Source of the DNA: Armatimonadota bacterium
GTDB taxonomy: Bacteria > Armatimonadota > SYMT01
DNA: 64,000 bases
Assembly (NCBI GenBank): GCA_041690135.1
Contig: JAWLHY010000010.1
Span: forward strand, 128,001 to 192,000
Direction of reading: 5' to 3'
Part shown: in pieces, positions 63,603 through 64,000 of the stretch
Position numbering within the stretch: the first letter of the stretch is position 1
Layout: each line of letters begins with the position of its first letter
Translations under genes and position numbers: made by a program
Notes under the pieces: model-generated
What the model saw: the letters and a program-made list of their open reading frames with translations, nothing else
Told to the model about the DNA's origin: nothing
Databases searched by the model: none

Positions 63603-64000
63603 AGGTAGCCTCCAGGGCGGACGCCGAAGACCTCCAGTAATTCCCACCCTGCAGGCCCGGGGGCGATCTCGGCATGGATTATATCACCGGAGCGAAGCAA
63701 CTCCGCCGCTCTCGCGGGGACCCGCACCGGCTCCGCCGTGCCCTCGCCCAGGGCCTCCCGTTCCACCGAGGTGAGGGTCAGGCTGTCCTCACTCGTCCGG
63801 GCGACCGTGAAGTACTCGACCTGCGCCGCGGCATAGTCCAACTGGTCGAGGCGCGCCACCCGGTCGACGCCCGCGCTGACGGAGCCCAGGACCTGCTCTT
63901 CTTCGTCGTCCTCATCCACAAGCTCCGCCTCGGTGCGAAGATCATCCTTCCGGGCGTGCTGAATCAAAAGCGTTCTGGCTTCGAGCACCCGCGCGAGGTC
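63599..64000 (-). CDS. Hypothetical protein, 5'-truncated by the window edge
   Basis: Open acidic ORF ending ...GDIIHAEIAPGPAGWELLEVFGVRPGGYL. Overlaps the proA-like start by 4 nt. Confidence 0.6.
   Translation of the reverse strand, partial: DLARVLEARTLLIQHARKDDLRTEAELVDEDDEEEQVLGSVSAGVDRVARLDQLDYAAAQVEYFTVARTSEDSLTLTSVEREALGEGTAEPVRVPARAAELLRSGDIIHAEIAPGPAGWELLEVFGVRPGGYL

Overview
A GC-rich bacterial chromosome segment with about 50 protein genes and one tRNA-Ser(GCT). I found no CRISPR array, prophage, integrase or intact transposase. The left 50 kb is accessory. It holds a Planctomycete-style secreted-protein operon (ankyrin, WD40, PSCyt/DUF1592+LamG, DUF1552, FG-GAP/ASPIC, beta-propeller), an ABC-F ATPase, two SulP transporters (one in an ArsR-SulP-carbonic anhydrase operon), a stress-type island, a WGR-DUF4132 protein and two-component genes. 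The right end is housekeeping: secDF, recJ, sigH, rsfS, nadD and a proA-like gene. A sigma-H-like factor together with outer-membrane and LolA-like genes suggests a diderm Terrabacteria lineage such as Armatimonadota (inference only). Most notable: (1) the ProA homologue has Ala in place of the catalytic Cys; (2) a leaderless 7-aa uORF plus attenuator-like hairpins precede the ABC-F gene; (3) a long structured leader precedes the first SulP; (4) a candidate bicarbonate/CO2 module has a palindromic operator; (5) a sigma-H-type promoter lies upstream of sigH itself; (6) an SDR pseudogene appears collapsed across an 18-nt junction readable in two frames. All family calls come from motif recognition by eye, not database searches.
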